Positions 10,218 to 20,150 of a stretch of DNA of 64,000 nt are shown one piece after another. Under the pieces are notes generated by a model, which was given only the letters and a program-made list of their open reading frames with translations, had not been told where the DNA came from and searched no databases. Position numbers and translations under genes: made by a program. The stretch spans positions 288,001-352,000 of the forward strand of contig CAWGPD010000004.1 in assembly GCA_963824385.1 (NCBI GenBank). Reading direction: 5' to 3'. This DNA comes from an uncultured Nitrososphaerota archaeon (GTDB lineage Archaea > Thermoproteota > Nitrososphaeria > Nitrososphaerales > Nitrosopumilaceae). The first letter of the stretch is position 1, and every line of letters begins with the position of its first letter.

Positions 10218-10712
10218 GTGGCAACTAGAGGCCAAGTTTTGATACCAATAGCAATTGCAGCAGTTGCAATTGGGATAGTAGGAGTAATTACAATTCCTGC
10301 GGATTCCAAACTTTCCGAAGTCAATTTTCCAAGAGGAACCATAAAGATAGATAGCAAGATACTAGACGTACAAATAGCAGAAACAGATGCTCAGCATATT
10401 AGAGGACTGATGTTTCAAAATGAACTACCAGATGATCAGGGGATGATTTTTGTATTTAATCAAGAACAGGTTGTACCAATCTGGATGCTAAATATGCAAT
10501 TTCCATTAGATATAATTTGGTTTGACGCAGATGGGAATGTTGTACATATAGAAAAAAATGTTCCTCCGTGTAAATCTGCTTTGGAGACTGCCACATGTAC
10601 AGTACAAAATGCAGATGGTAAAAAAGCAAAATATGTTTTAGAAGTAACTGCAGGATTTGCAAACAAATACAACGTTACTGAAAGCTCAAAGATGCAAGTG
10701 ATTTCAGTTTAA
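10218..10712 (+). CDS. DUF192 family membrane-anchored protein
   Basis: RGLMF, GMIFVF, WMLNMQFPLDIIW, YVLEV.AG. Confidence 0.92.
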   Translation: MATRGQVLIPIAIAAVAIGIVGVITIPADSKLSEVNFPRGTIKIDSKILDVQIAETDAQHIRGLMFQNELPDDQGMIFVFNQEQVVPIWMLNMQFPLDIIWFDADGNVVHIEKNVPPCKSALETATCTVQNADGKKAKYVLEVTAGFANKYNVTESSKMQVISV

Positions 10713-10713
10713 G

Positions 10714-12621
10714 TTAGAACTTGTCTAGTGTTTGTAGTTCTGCAAGTGCCGCCTTTATTTCATCTACAGATGCTTCATCTTCTAATGTACTAATATCACC
10801 GACTTGTTCATTTTTTGCTATTGCCTTTAGGAGACGTCTCATTATTTTACCACTTCGTGTCTTTGGAAGTCTTTTAACAAAATACAATTGATCAGGGGCA
10901 GCAATTGGGCCAATTGTTTTTCTAATGTGGTTTGTCAATTCTTCCTTTAGAGATATAGTTGGCGTAATCCCCTCTTTTAGTACGACAAATGATATGATAG
11001 CCTCGCCTTTTACTTCGTGAGGTATTCCACATACTGCAGCTTCTGCTACTGTGTGGTGTGAGACAAAAGCGCTCTCTAGTTCGGCAGTACCTAGTCTATG
11101 TCCTGCCACTTTGAGTACATCATCTGCCCTTCCAAGCATCCAGATATAGCCATCTTTGTCTTTGATCGCATAATCTCCGGGATAGTACATGTTTTCATAC
11201 TTGGACCAGTAAACGGATTTGTATTTTTCATCATCGCCCCATAATGTAAGAAGCATTCCAGGCCAAGGATTTGTAATTACAAGATATCCTTTGGAATCAG
11301 GTTGTACCTCTTTTCCATGTTCGTCAACTACAGATAATGAAACTCCTGGAACAGGTCTTGTTGCAGAACCTGGTTTTAGCGCAATTGTTTCCAATCCCGG
11401 AACTGGCGAGACCAGCGCGCCTCCAGTTTCAGTCTGCCACCACGTATCTATTATCGGGCATTTTTCTTTTCCAATTATTTTAAAATACCATTTCCAAACT
11501 TGGGGATTGATTGGTTCTCCAACAGTTCCAAGTAATTTCAAACTAGAAAGATCATTTGAATTCGGAAGTTCGTCTCCAAATTTCATAAACATCCTAAGTG
11601 CAGTTGGCGTAGTATACAAAATTGTAACTTTGTATCTAGATATAATCTCCCATATTTTTGCAGGAGTTGGATAGTCTAGTGCACCCTCATACATTATCTG
11701 AGTGGCACCATGCATCAGCGGACCATATGCAATGTCACTATGTCCAGTAACCCACCCTATATCAGCAGTACAAAAATAAACATCAGAATCTTGAATATCA
11801 AAAATCCACTTGAATGTGCTGTAGATGTGGGTAAGATAACCACCAGTCCCATGTAGTACTCCTTTTGGTTTTCCAGTTGTTCCCGATGTGTAGAGAATGT
11901 AAAGCGGATGTGTACTGTCAAGCACTTCTGCGTCACATAGTGGTGACATGCTTGCAACAAGTTCATTCCATTTTTTGTCCCGTTTTGTTATAGTGACATT
12001 ATTTTTTGTGTGCTCTAAAACAAGTACGTGTTCAACAAAGTCAAGATCTGAAATGGCTTCATCTACAATATCTTTTAATTTTATAATACTACCACGCCTT
12101 TTTCCTCCATCTGAAGTGATTATGATTTTGGATTTTGAATCATCTACCCTGTCCCTAATTGATTGTGCACTAAAGCCTGAAAATATTACAGTATGAATTG
12201 CCCCAATTCGTGCACATGCAAGCAATGACATTATTAATTCAGGCACCATTGGAAGGTAAACAGTTACTCTGTCACCTTTTTTGACTCCAAGAGATTTTAA
12301 TGCATTTGCAAGCTTTGATACCTCGGACAGCAGTTCTTGATATGTTAGTTCCCTTTTTGTTCCGTCCTCGCCTTCCCATATTATAGCCTTTTTGTGCGGA
12401 TTTTTCTTTACAGTTACATCCAATGCATTGTATGAAGCATTAATCTTGCCCCCTACAAACCATCTTGCAAATGGAGGATTCCATTCCAAAGCAGTGTGCC
12501 ACTTTTCAAACCAATATAGTTTTGCAGCCTGTCCTTCCCAAAATTTTATTCTGTCTTCCGTAGCATCATTTCTAGTCTTGAGATCATTGTTTCCCAGACC
12601 TATTTCATAAGTAGAATCCAA
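10714..12621 (-). CDS. acs: Acetyl-CoA synthetase (AMP-forming acetate-CoA ligase)
   Basis: YTSGTTGKPKG, ADIGWVTGHS, GTVGEPINP, DTWWQTETG, GRADDV, LPKTRSGKIMRR. Confidence 0.93.
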   Translation of the reverse strand: MDSTYEIGLGNNDLKTRNDATEDRIKFWEGQAAKLYWFEKWHTALEWNPPFARWFVGGKINASYNALDVTVKKNPHKKAIIWEGEDGTKRELTYQELLSEVSKLANALKSLGVKKGDRVTVYLPMVPELIMSLLACARIGAIHTVIFSGFSAQSIRDRVDDSKSKIIITSDGGKRRGSIIKLKDIVDEAISDLDFVEHVLVLEHTKNNVTITKRDKKWNELVASMSPLCDAEVLDSTHPLYILYTSGTTGKPKGVLHGTGGYLTHIYSTFKWIFDIQDSDVYFCTADIGWVTGHSDIAYGPLMHGATQIMYEGALDYPTPAKIWEIISRYKVTILYTTPTALRMFMKFGDELPNSNDLSSLKLLGTVGEPINPQVWKWYFKIIGKEKCPIIDTWWQTETGGALVSPVPGLETIALKPGSATRPVPGVSLSVVDEHGKEVQPDSKGYLVITNPWPGMLLTLWGDDEKYKSVYWSKYENMYYPGDYAIKDKDGYIWMLGRADDVLKVAGHRLGTAELESAFVSHHTVAEAAVCGIPHEVKGEAIISFVVLKEGITPTISLKEELTNHIRKTIGPIAAPDQLYFVKRLPKTRSGKIMRRLLKAIAKNEQVGDISTLEDEASVDEIKAALAELQTLDKF

Positions 12622-12644
12622 TATGGTTTAGTTGTATGTATGTT

Positions 12645-12684
12645 AAAAAAAAGGTTCGCTCAAATTGGAGTAGGGAGCGAATCC
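12645..12684 (-). terminator. Hairpin plus U8 tract downstream of cdvA (putative terminator)
   Basis: Minus strand GGAUUCGCUC-loop-GAGCGAACC followed by UUUUUUUU. Confidence 0.6.
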
Positions 12685-12703
12685 TCCGTCCCATCAGAGT
12701 AAT

Positions 12704-13526
12704 TTAAGATGATGATATTCTCTTAAGCCAGTCTGAATCTTGCTGGGCTTCATCACCATCGGCTCCAATTGCTACTGGCTGTGGTGTCGGTGCAGTGGGA
12801 ATACTGTTACCAACAACAGGGCTAGCAGATACTAGAGTCTGTGGCACTGAAGTTGAAGGATTTTCTACCTTTCCAAGATATGAAATGGCGGCTGAATGAA
12901 CGTCCTGTTTTGGACTCTCGATGCGCTCTCCACTCTCAACTGAAAGATCGTTGATGCGACGTTGGATACTTGTTATCTCTGCCTTTTCATGTTCGATGTG
13001 TTCGATGATTTCGACCGTGTGAGTCTTGACTAGGTCAAACTTGGCATCAGATATTTCATTGCTCTTGTTTTGCAACTTTGCATCAAATCTTAGCATTCTA
13101 ATTGACTTTAGCCTGAGTCTCAAGTTCTGCAAGTCTTTTCTCTAATTTTTCTTTGATCTGTCTTTCGGTCTCATCCAGAGTTAACAGTTTTACCCTATAC
13201 TTCTCATGGATCAGTTCAGCGTCCTCTTTCATGTCATCGTTTTCAGATACGATATCCATCAGAGCTCGTATACGGCGCATTGTAAGCCCCTTTTCGCGCA
13301 ATAATCTTTGTGCATCTAATCTCCACCTAGGGATGAAGATTACATATTGTCCTTGTATGACTAGTTGCTCGAATGCTATCTGCTTTAGCCCTTCAGAACC
13401 ACAATCAACACCTACGGTTTGTACACTTCCATCGATGTCAGTTATGGTACCTATGACTTTGCCGATATAGGTGCCGTACATGTCCTTAACTTGCTTGCCG
13501 ATAAATTCGATCTCTTCTTTGCTCAT
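12704..13526 (-). CDS. cdvA: Cell division protein CdvA; +1 frameshift near 13105
   Basis: PRC-barrel-like IGKQVKDMYGTYIGKV...IPRWRLDA followed by coiled coil; ORFs 13098..13550 and 12704..13132 join if one A is removed. Confidence 0.88.
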
Positions 13527-13667
13527 TAGAATAGGTGTTCTAAATTTCATATAATCAACAAAGTGTTAACAAGCTTTCAAGTTTTGGTAAGATCATTTTC
13601 ACTAATGATCCTTGGAAAAATGAAAAATACGTAATTTTATAATCATAGGATTAGTAATGGTCCAATA

Positions 13668-13952
13668 ATGATTACAAAAGAAGAGTTGGATCAGATACTA
13701 CATTTTGTCTCCAAGCGGTGGGTGGATATGAGCAGAGATGAAAAGCACAAAGCATTTGAAAGCATACCGACAGATTTTTGGATGAACTCAATGGGCGGTA
13801 CTGCCGGAGATGGAAAATGGGTAACAACTCTAATGTATACAGAAGATCCGCAAGAAGCAGAATCATTTAAAGAAGTTTTACTTAGATGGCAGTCAAAACA
13901 TAATGCTCCAAAGACAGGACCGTCAGACTTGATCCAGATTGGAAAGAAGTAG
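13668..13952 (+). CDS. Hypothetical protein
   Basis: 94-aa ATG ORF with TATA-like ttttataat upstream; co-oriented with thyX. Confidence 0.75.
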   Translation: MITKEELDQILHFVSKRWVDMSRDEKHKAFESIPTDFWMNSMGGTAGDGKWVTTLMYTEDPQEAESFKEVLLRWQSKHNAPKTGPSDLIQIGKK

Positions 13953-13980
13953 TTATTTATAATTGGGTTGAAATCAAATC

Positions 13981-15609
13981 GTGTTGTCCGAGTTTTCAAA
14001 TTCTGAAAAGCAAAGTTTGCTAAAACATTTTTCAAATGTGGACGATTCTGTATTTGCCATAATCAGCCCAAGACAGGTTGACAGAGGCGCACTGATGTCA
14101 AGATATAGTAGAACTGATAAAAGCATGAGGAAGATATTTCTTGACGAATTTTTACAAAATGAAAATCGTGGAGAAGAGTTTTACAATAAAGTATTACTAG
14201 AATATGGAGATGATTCAGTTGCAGAGCTTGGTGAAGCACAGATTGCAATTGAAGGACTGTCGAATATCGCTGTAAAAAAAATAGAAGATAGAAGAATTGG
14301 ATTGTCATATCTTGAAAAATCATCAAGATATGTTGCATGGGATAAGAAAGTAAATGGAGATTTCAAGTTTTACAGAGAACCAGAGATAATGAATTCAAAG
14401 TATGCAGATAAATATCTAGATGCATGCAATCTAGATTTTGAAATTTATTCAAAAAACATCCAGCCTGTGATAAATTACATGCAAGAGCAAGAGCCAATCA
14501 ATAATCAAAAGTTTAGAAATTCAAAAGGAGTTGACGTGTCATTCTCAAAACTCTCCGGTGAAGATGAGGTAAAATCTGCAACTAGAATTTACAATGCAAC
14601 CATTAAGGCCAAAGCGCTAGACATTCTCAGAGGTATACTTCCAGCATCCACTCTCACTAATGTCGGAATTACTGGAAATGGAAGAGCGTTTGAGTATCTG
14701 CTAACCATACTATATTCTTCGAGTCTAGAAGAAGAAAGAATATTGGCTCAAAAAATTCACAGAGAACTAAATACCATAATCAAGTCATTTGTAAGAAGGG
14801 CAGACGATAACCATGGTAAGGCCTTGCAGGAATATCTTGTAAGTATAAAGACAAAATCAAATGCATTAAATAAAAAATATCTCAAAACAAAAGGAAAAAG
14901 AAAGTTCCTTGTTGACTTGGTTGATTTTGAATCCCAAAATAAAGCAGAAGAGAAGATAATTTCTTCCATATTATATGAACAGTCAAACGGAGTTTCATTT
15001 AGAGAAATACTTGCCCAGGTAAGAAAGATAAATCAATCAGACAGGAGAAAAATAATTACCACATTTGCAAGTCTAAGACAAAACAGAAGGCAGCGACCTC
15101 CGCGTGCATTTGAAATGACTGAATACACTTTTGATTTTCTGACAAACTTTGGAATGTTTCGAGACTTTCATAGACATCGTGTCTTGACACTAGAAAGACA
15201 ATTGCTTACAACAGATCATGGATATGTCGTTCCAGATGAAATTGTACAACTAGGAATCAAAAAAGACTATGATGACTGTATGCATAATTCAAAACAAGTC
15301 TTTGAACTTTTGAAGACAAAGATGCCAGAGCAAGCACAGTATGTTGTAAACTTTGCATACAATTATCCATATTTTATGAAATTAAATCTCAGAGAAGCAG
15401 TACATTTAATTGAATTAAGAACTGTTCCGCAGGGACACCAGGACTATAGAAAAGCTGCACAGGAAATGTTCAAGGCAATAATCAAAGTACACCCAAACCT
15501 GTCTACCATAATCAAATTTGCAGACATGAAATCCTACAAACTTGAGAGATTAGAGGCAGAAAAAAGAATCGAAGCGAAACGAAATAGGCTATCAGAAAAT
15601 TCAAAATAA
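13981..15609 (+). CDS. thyX: FAD-dependent thymidylate synthase (tandem ThyX domains)
   Basis: [42 protein letters not shown]. Confidence 0.92.
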   Translation: MLSEFSNSEKQSLLKHFSNVDDSVFAIISPRQVDRGALMSRYSRTDKSMRKIFLDEFLQNENRGEEFYNKVLLEYGDDSVAELGEAQIAIEGLSNIAVKKIEDRRIGLSYLEKSSRYVAWDKKVNGDFKFYREPEIMNSKYADKYLDACNLDFEIYSKNIQPVINYMQEQEPINNQKFRNSKGVDVSFSKLSGEDEVKSATRIYNATIKAKALDILRGILPASTLTNVGITGNGRAFEYLLTILYSSSLEEERILAQKIHRELNTIIKSFVRRADDNHGKALQEYLVSIKTKSNALNKKYLKTKGKRKFLVDLVDFESQNKAEEKIISSILYEQSNGVSFREILAQVRKINQSDRRKIITTFASLRQNRRQRPPRAFEMTEYTFDFLTNFGMFRDFHRHRVLTLERQLLTTDHGYVVPDEIVQLGIKKDYDDCMHNSKQVFELLKTKMPEQAQYVVNFAYNYPYFMKLNLREAVHLIELRTVPQGHQDYRKAAQEMFKAIIKVHPNLSTIIKFADMKSYKLERLEAEKRIEAKRNRLSENSK

Positions 15610-15647
15610 AGAAATTTAATTTTAAATTAAAGATATGCCATAGTACA

Positions 15648-16733
15648 CTATTGCGAACTATTGAAATATTTTAGGACGTCGTTGATATCTCCTACTTCAA
15701 TTACCTTCATGCCATATTTGCTTTCCATGATGGATGTTAATGATACATCTTGCGGACTGCATGATTGGTACACAAAAGGACCTTGAGTTGATTGTGTGCA
15801 ATGCTGCTCTTCTACAACCCCCTGACCGCTAGGCACAAGAAAGATCTTGGCACCATAATTTGCTGCAGCTTGTGCCTTTTCCAAAACCCCACCAATTGGA
15901 CCTATAGTACCATCAGGCTGAATTGTTCCAGTCATCAATACATGTCCATTAATGGATTTTCCAAGAATTGCTGAAGTTAGTAATACAGTCATTGCGCCAC
16001 CTGCACTTCCACCATCTACTGCTTGCAAGTTTTGATCATTAGCGGTAATTGAAAATATTACATCCTTGTTTGACAAGTCTATTCCTGTTATGTTATGAGC
16101 TACTTGTACTGCGACACGGGCAGAATTTTGAAAGTCCACACCTTCTGGTATTGCAGTGTTTGCAAGTACAAGACCTGTGCCGTCTCTAATATTGACTGTT
16201 ATCTTCAAGATGGTCCCGTTGTAAGCAGTAGTCTGAAAGAAACCATCGCTTTGCACTATAGGATATACAGTGACAGCAGAAATTGATTCAGCATAATTGT
16301 TTGAATTAGCTATTTGATTTCCAGGTACATTTTGAGTCTGTGTCAAAAGTTCATTGTATTTCATCTGCAAGGCATCATATCTTGTTTGCAGATCATCAAT
16401 TTTTTGTACCATGGTGCTGTTTTGGCTTGCAATTAAGGGCAGTGAAGACGTTTGAGATATGCGGATTATGCCATTGTCAATCAAGTATTTCATGGCATTT
16501 AAAAAGTCAGAATCACTAGTCTGACCTTCAGACCACCATTTTGTAGCATTTCTAAACCAGTTTGGAATGGAATTTGTAGAAAGTGTATAATTAGATGATT
16601 GTTGTTGGGCAGATGCTTTGGCAAACAACCCAGATGTAATGGTTCCATTAGTCATATTGATTGTAAAGCCAACACTGACTATACCAATAACAATCATACA
16701 GGATATCAAAACTACAACATTTTTTCCATTCAT
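15648..16733 (-). CDS. Secreted or membrane-anchored Lon-type (S16) protease domain protein without ATPase
   Basis: N-terminal TM/signal; IPNWFRNATKWWSEG surface domain; VDGGSAG (Ser), TGTI.PDG.IGPIGGVLEK (Lys). Confidence 0.88.
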   Translation of the reverse strand: MNGKNVVVLISCMIVIGIVSVGFTINMTNGTITSGLFAKASAQQQSSNYTLSTNSIPNWFRNATKWWSEGQTSDSDFLNAMKYLIDNGIIRISQTSSLPLIASQNSTMVQKIDDLQTRYDALQMKYNELLTQTQNVPGNQIANSNNYAESISAVTVYPIVQSDGFFQTTAYNGTILKITVNIRDGTGLVLANTAIPEGVDFQNSARVAVQVAHNITGIDLSNKDVIFSITANDQNLQAVDGGSAGGAMTVLLTSAILGKSINGHVLMTGTIQPDGTIGPIGGVLEKAQAAANYGAKIFLVPSGQGVVEEQHCTQSTQGPFVYQSCSPQDVSLTSIMESKYGMKVIEVGDINDVLKYFNSSQ

Positions 16734-16893
16734 TAGCTAATCACGTTTCAGAAAAGATATCCACTTTTCGCAATTATAAATTTTAACATAGACACGTAAG
16801 ACAGAGATACAATCTATTAATGCCATATCAAAGTTGCAAGTATTTTACAAGTTTCAGATATATTTTTGCAACAAGCAATCCTGTAAAATGGTT

Positions 16894-17532
16894 TTAAATA
16901 TTATGTGCTGAGGAAGAGGCTTGATCTACAGGCATGGTTGGCAGTTTGTCATTGATTGCAGCCTCTGCAACTGCTGAGGCTTCTTGAAGAATCTTCTCGG
17001 ATTCTTCACTTGTAGCCCCAGAGTCAACTCCAAAGTCTCCACTGTGGAATGTATCAGTCATAAGACCACCTAGCATCTCAGTCATTCCAGTTAGCTCATG
17101 GTCTGCTTCAGGCATAAATTTAACAAGCGAAGATTTTATGTTTTTCATCAAGCCTATCGTAGGCATTATAGTTACTACGGTATCTCCCAGATCATGGAAT
17201 GTTGTAAGTCTAATCTCCATCTGCTCCAGAGCAATTCTTGCATTTCCTAAGAGCTTTGTTACTTTTCTAACTTCAGATAATTCTTTTGATAAAACCTTAC
17301 TTGTAGTAATATCGTGATTTTGTGTTGCAATTACAATTCTTTGAAATAACTTTTCTTCTTTTTGCTTTAGTTTGGCAATTAGTCCATCAAGTTTTCCCAC
17401 TTGAGCTTGGATTCTTTTTACACCACTCTCTAGTCTTGGTTTTAACGCTCCTTGTGGTTTTATTTTATCATGAAATGTTTCACCAATGCTTGGTTTGTGA
17501 GACTTTTCCCAAGAGTTTGCAAATGGTGCCAT
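16894..17532 (-). CDS. cdvB: ESCRT-III/Snf7 family CdvB paralog
   Basis: Helical Snf7 pattern KELSEVRK...IALEQMEIRLTTFHDLGD...MPEAD...ESEKILQEAS; C-terminal LPxMP. Confidence 0.88.
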   Translation of the reverse strand: MAPFANSWEKSHKPSIGETFHDKIKPQGALKPRLESGVKRIQAQVGKLDGLIAKLKQKEEKLFQRIVIATQNHDITTSKVLSKELSEVRKVTKLLGNARIALEQMEIRLTTFHDLGDTVVTIMPTIGLMKNIKSSLVKFMPEADHELTGMTEMLGGLMTDTFHSGDFGVDSGATSEESEKILQEASAVAEAAINDKLPTMPVDQASSSAHNI

Positions 17533-17896
17533 GATTAAACATAAAATAATTGGTTTTTAATTTCAAGTGTAAAATATGGTCAGTATCGCATTAAATTTAA
17601 CTGACAAAGTATAATCACTGCCTAATTTAGCATATGAATGGGTCCTATTTTCCATACAAAACTAAAAATTCATTCAAAGATTCAAACTGTTTACCCTGTC
17701 ATAGTTGCAAATTATGATTATTTCACATATTGGAGAATGTTTTGTTAATATAATACCCGGGTTTTATGATTCGTCAAATTTTTAAGCAAGATCAGAGAAC
17801 TTTGTATTGCAAATGCAACAGATCAGACAACTTGCAAGTGCAGAAGAAAGGATGCAAAAATACAAAGAAAGATTGTGGGTGGCGACATCATAAGAC

Positions 17897-18229
17897 ATGG
17901 GCAATCCAGATAATTGGAATTATGATTACAATTCAGATAAACCGCCAAAGGTGCCAAAGAAGAAATTAAAACAAATTTACTTGGTGCCTATTTTTGCGGT
18001 GCTTGGAATTGTAGGATTTGCAGTTGTATGGCAAAACCTGTACAATGATACTAGTGTATGCGATGATGATATTGCTCAAGTAAATTCAGTGATCAACTCA
18101 ACAGGCGTTATAGATGCAAATGATACGTTATTTCAAAAACTTGGAACTGATGGCTGTATAGACATTTCTAAATATCAGGGAGTAATCTCTACTCAAATTC
18201 CACACCTTACGCATCTCTTTAAGCCATAA
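17897..18229 (+). CDS. Hypothetical single-TM protein
   Basis: Basic stretch, TM (IYLVPIFAVLGIVGFAVVW), small domain with two Cys. Confidence 0.7.
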   Translation: MGNPDNWNYDYNSDKPPKVPKKKLKQIYLVPIFAVLGIVGFAVVWQNLYNDTSVCDDDIAQVNSVINSTGVIDANDTLFQKLGTDGCIDISKYQGVISTQIPHLTHLFKP

Positions 18230-18306
18230 CTTTCAAAATTAACCTCTAGAAACATCCTGTCAAAAGATATTCATCATAGTTTTAACGAATAATATTTTTT
18301 AAAAAA

Positions 18307-19332
18307 TCAGCCAAACCACTGGTCTAAATTATGACTCTTCTTTTCATATGATTTTTTCAGTCTGTTCAACGATGTATCAACACGGTCAAGTGAAAAACTT
18401 CGCTCCTTTGTGAGATAATTTGTTATTCCAGCATAGTCGATATTTCCAAATTTTATTTCTGATACATCTGCAACCTTTGGTTTAAGGAATATCTCGCGTA
18501 TCTGAGAATAGTCTATCTCGCTTAATTTATCTTGGATTTGTGGAACATTTTCCAGATTTCCATGCTCTTTTATCATCTTCAGGGCAGTCTTGGGACCAAT
18601 TCTCTCAAAGCCATCAGGGTTAAAGTCCGTACCTATTAGTATTCCAATATCTACAAGCTGTTCTCTTGTTACCCCAAGTTCTGCAAGTGTTTTCTCTAAT
18701 AAGATAAGTTCGGGTTCGATCTCAATTGTAGTATTTCTATTTGGTAATTTTCTCTTTCCACTATTTGTGAAATTTCGTACCAATCTTTTTGCACCAAACA
18801 ACAAAGAATCAAAGTCCTGGCTTGCCGACGCAAATGCCTGACCAGTATTTGTAAGATGAGCAGCAGTAGCTTCTCCTTCAGATGGTGCCTGTATGGAAGG
18901 TATACCAAAAAGGTCTAGAAATTTTTTTGATTCTTCAACCATATCATCTCTAAGTACAGATGTTTGTTGTGCAAACTTTTTTGCCTCAACATAATTTCCT
19001 TCACTAATTGCAATCTCATATTTTATTGTGGCATCTTTTTTTACCTGCTTTCTTCTTTGTATCTCCGCAGATTTTAAAGAAGGAGGTCTGCCATCAAAGA
19101 CATAGACAGGTTTTATTCCAAGTGACAAGAAATTGATATTTCTGTAAAAAAGTCCGCTGATATGACTGGTAATTTTCCCATTGTGATCAGACAAGGGAAG
19201 GCCGTCAGGACCACGTATTATAGAAAGAAATTGGTATATTGCATTATAGGCATCAATTGCAACTATTTTTGATGTAAAAGATTCAAGATTTGTTTTTTCT
19301 CTAACACATAGTTGCTTAAGATCTAGACCCAT
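18307..19332 (-). CDS. fen: Flap endonuclease 1
   Basis: [48 protein letters not shown]-terminal PIP-like NLDQWF. Confidence 0.97.
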   Translation of the reverse strand: MGLDLKQLCVREKTNLESFTSKIVAIDAYNAIYQFLSIIRGPDGLPLSDHNGKITSHISGLFYRNINFLSLGIKPVYVFDGRPPSLKSAEIQRRKQVKKDATIKYEIAISEGNYVEAKKFAQQTSVLRDDMVEESKKFLDLFGIPSIQAPSEGEATAAHLTNTGQAFASASQDFDSLLFGAKRLVRNFTNSGKRKLPNRNTTIEIEPELILLEKTLAELGVTREQLVDIGILIGTDFNPDGFERIGPKTALKMIKEHGNLENVPQIQDKLSEIDYSQIREIFLKPKVADVSEIKFGNIDYAGITNYLTKERSFSLDRVDTSLNRLKKSYEKKSHNLDQWFG

Positions 19333-19368
19333 GTCATTTCCCTTACAATATGGCTATTTTTTATCTTC

Positions 19369-19548
19369 TTATTTCTTTTTCAAGCTAGACTTTTCCCAGC
19401 CTTTTTCTATAATTTCCTCGTAAATATTTGAGAGTTTTGGAATTGGTTCGCCCTTTTCTGCCGCAGTCTTTACTTTATCTCTATAATAGAGCTCAATGGC
19501 TTTTGCAGTACCATCATCAATTGTTATAGAGATTCTAGTCTTTGCCAA
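19369..19548 (-). CDS. 59-aa ribbon-helix-helix-like DNA-binding protein (below ORF-track cutoff)
   Basis: MAKTRISITIDDGTAKAIELYYRDKVKTAAEKGEPIPKLSNIYEEIIEKGWEKSSLKKK; alternating beta strand then two helices. Confidence 0.75.
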   Translation of the reverse strand: MAKTRISITIDDGTAKAIELYYRDKVKTAAEKGEPIPKLSNIYEEIIEKGWEKSSLKKK

Positions 19549-19598
19549 TTATTTTCACTTTGTAAAAATATTAAATATCAATAATAAACTATCCATTA

Positions 19599-19778
19599 TC
19601 AATTTTTCAAGACTTGGGGAACAAGCACAAATCCCTCTTGGGTCACAGTCATCTTGACAGGAGTATCTTCTGAGAGACCAAGTTGAACCAAGAACATGCC
19701 TATTGTAACCTCATCGGGAAGAACATACCTCTTACCCTCAAACTCTACTGAGACTGTCTTCTTGGTAATGGTCTCCAT
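19599..19778 (-). CDS. 59-aa small protein, AbrB/MazE-like pattern (below ORF-track cutoff)
   Basis: METITKKTVSVEFEGKRYVLPDEVTIGMFLVQLGLSEDTPVKMTVTQEGFVLVPQVLKN; TATA-like atataaag about 27 nt upstream. Confidence 0.7.
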   Translation of the reverse strand: METITKKTVSVEFEGKRYVLPDEVTIGMFLVQLGLSEDTPVKMTVTQEGFVLVPQVLKN

Positions 19779-19827
19779 TTATTATTGATATAATAAATTC
19801 TCTACTTTATATCTTTTATTATATATC

Positions 19828-19841
19828 TGATCAGCTGATCA
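19828..19841. promoter_or_regulatory. Perfect 14-bp palindrome TGATCAGCTGATCA between divergent promoters
   Basis: Lies between TATA-like elements of the 19778 gene (-) and tRNA-Ser (+). Confidence 0.45.
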
Positions 19842-19888
19842 CTTATTATCATTGTATTTATGTACCAAAACCAGAGTCTTGACATACT

Positions 19889-19984
19889 GCCAGGTTAGCC
19901 AAGTGGAACGGCGACCGCCTCGAGATCAAATACAAGGTAGCGGTTGTGCTTCGGCACGCAGGGGTTCGAATCCCTTACCTGGCG
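19889..19984 (+). tRNA. tRNA-Ser(CGA) with 14-nt intron at 37/38 (19925-19938)
   Basis: Acceptor GCCAGGT/ACCTGGC+G, anticodon stem ACCGC/GCGGT with CT-CGA-G, long variable arm GTGCTTCGGCAC, T-loop GGTTCGAATCC. Confidence 0.95.
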
Positions 19985-20150
19985 CTGTAATTTTTTATTA
20001 TAAATTTAGTGAAATTTCGTTCGTAAATTTTGTCAAAAATTGGAGATTCGAACTAAATGTTTGACACCCCGATGGAGAGTAGAATTTTTTAACATAATCT
20101 TTTGAACTGTGAGGTAGCATTTGAAAATAAATTTGAGGTTTTCATTTAAA

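Noticed and set aside
13098..13132. Programmed frameshift in cdvA, or real pseudogenes among the split genes
   Set aside because: No slippery heptamer or shared stimulator; the same single-base indel pattern occurs throughout the window
17766..17969. 67-aa Cys/Lys-rich ORF
   Set aside because: Overlaps the 17897 gene out of frame; the 28-aa frame fits promoter spacing better
19852..20064. 70-aa ORF over tRNA-Ser (and 57752..57961 over tRNA-Pro)
   Set aside because: Spurious ORFs overlapping clear tRNA genes
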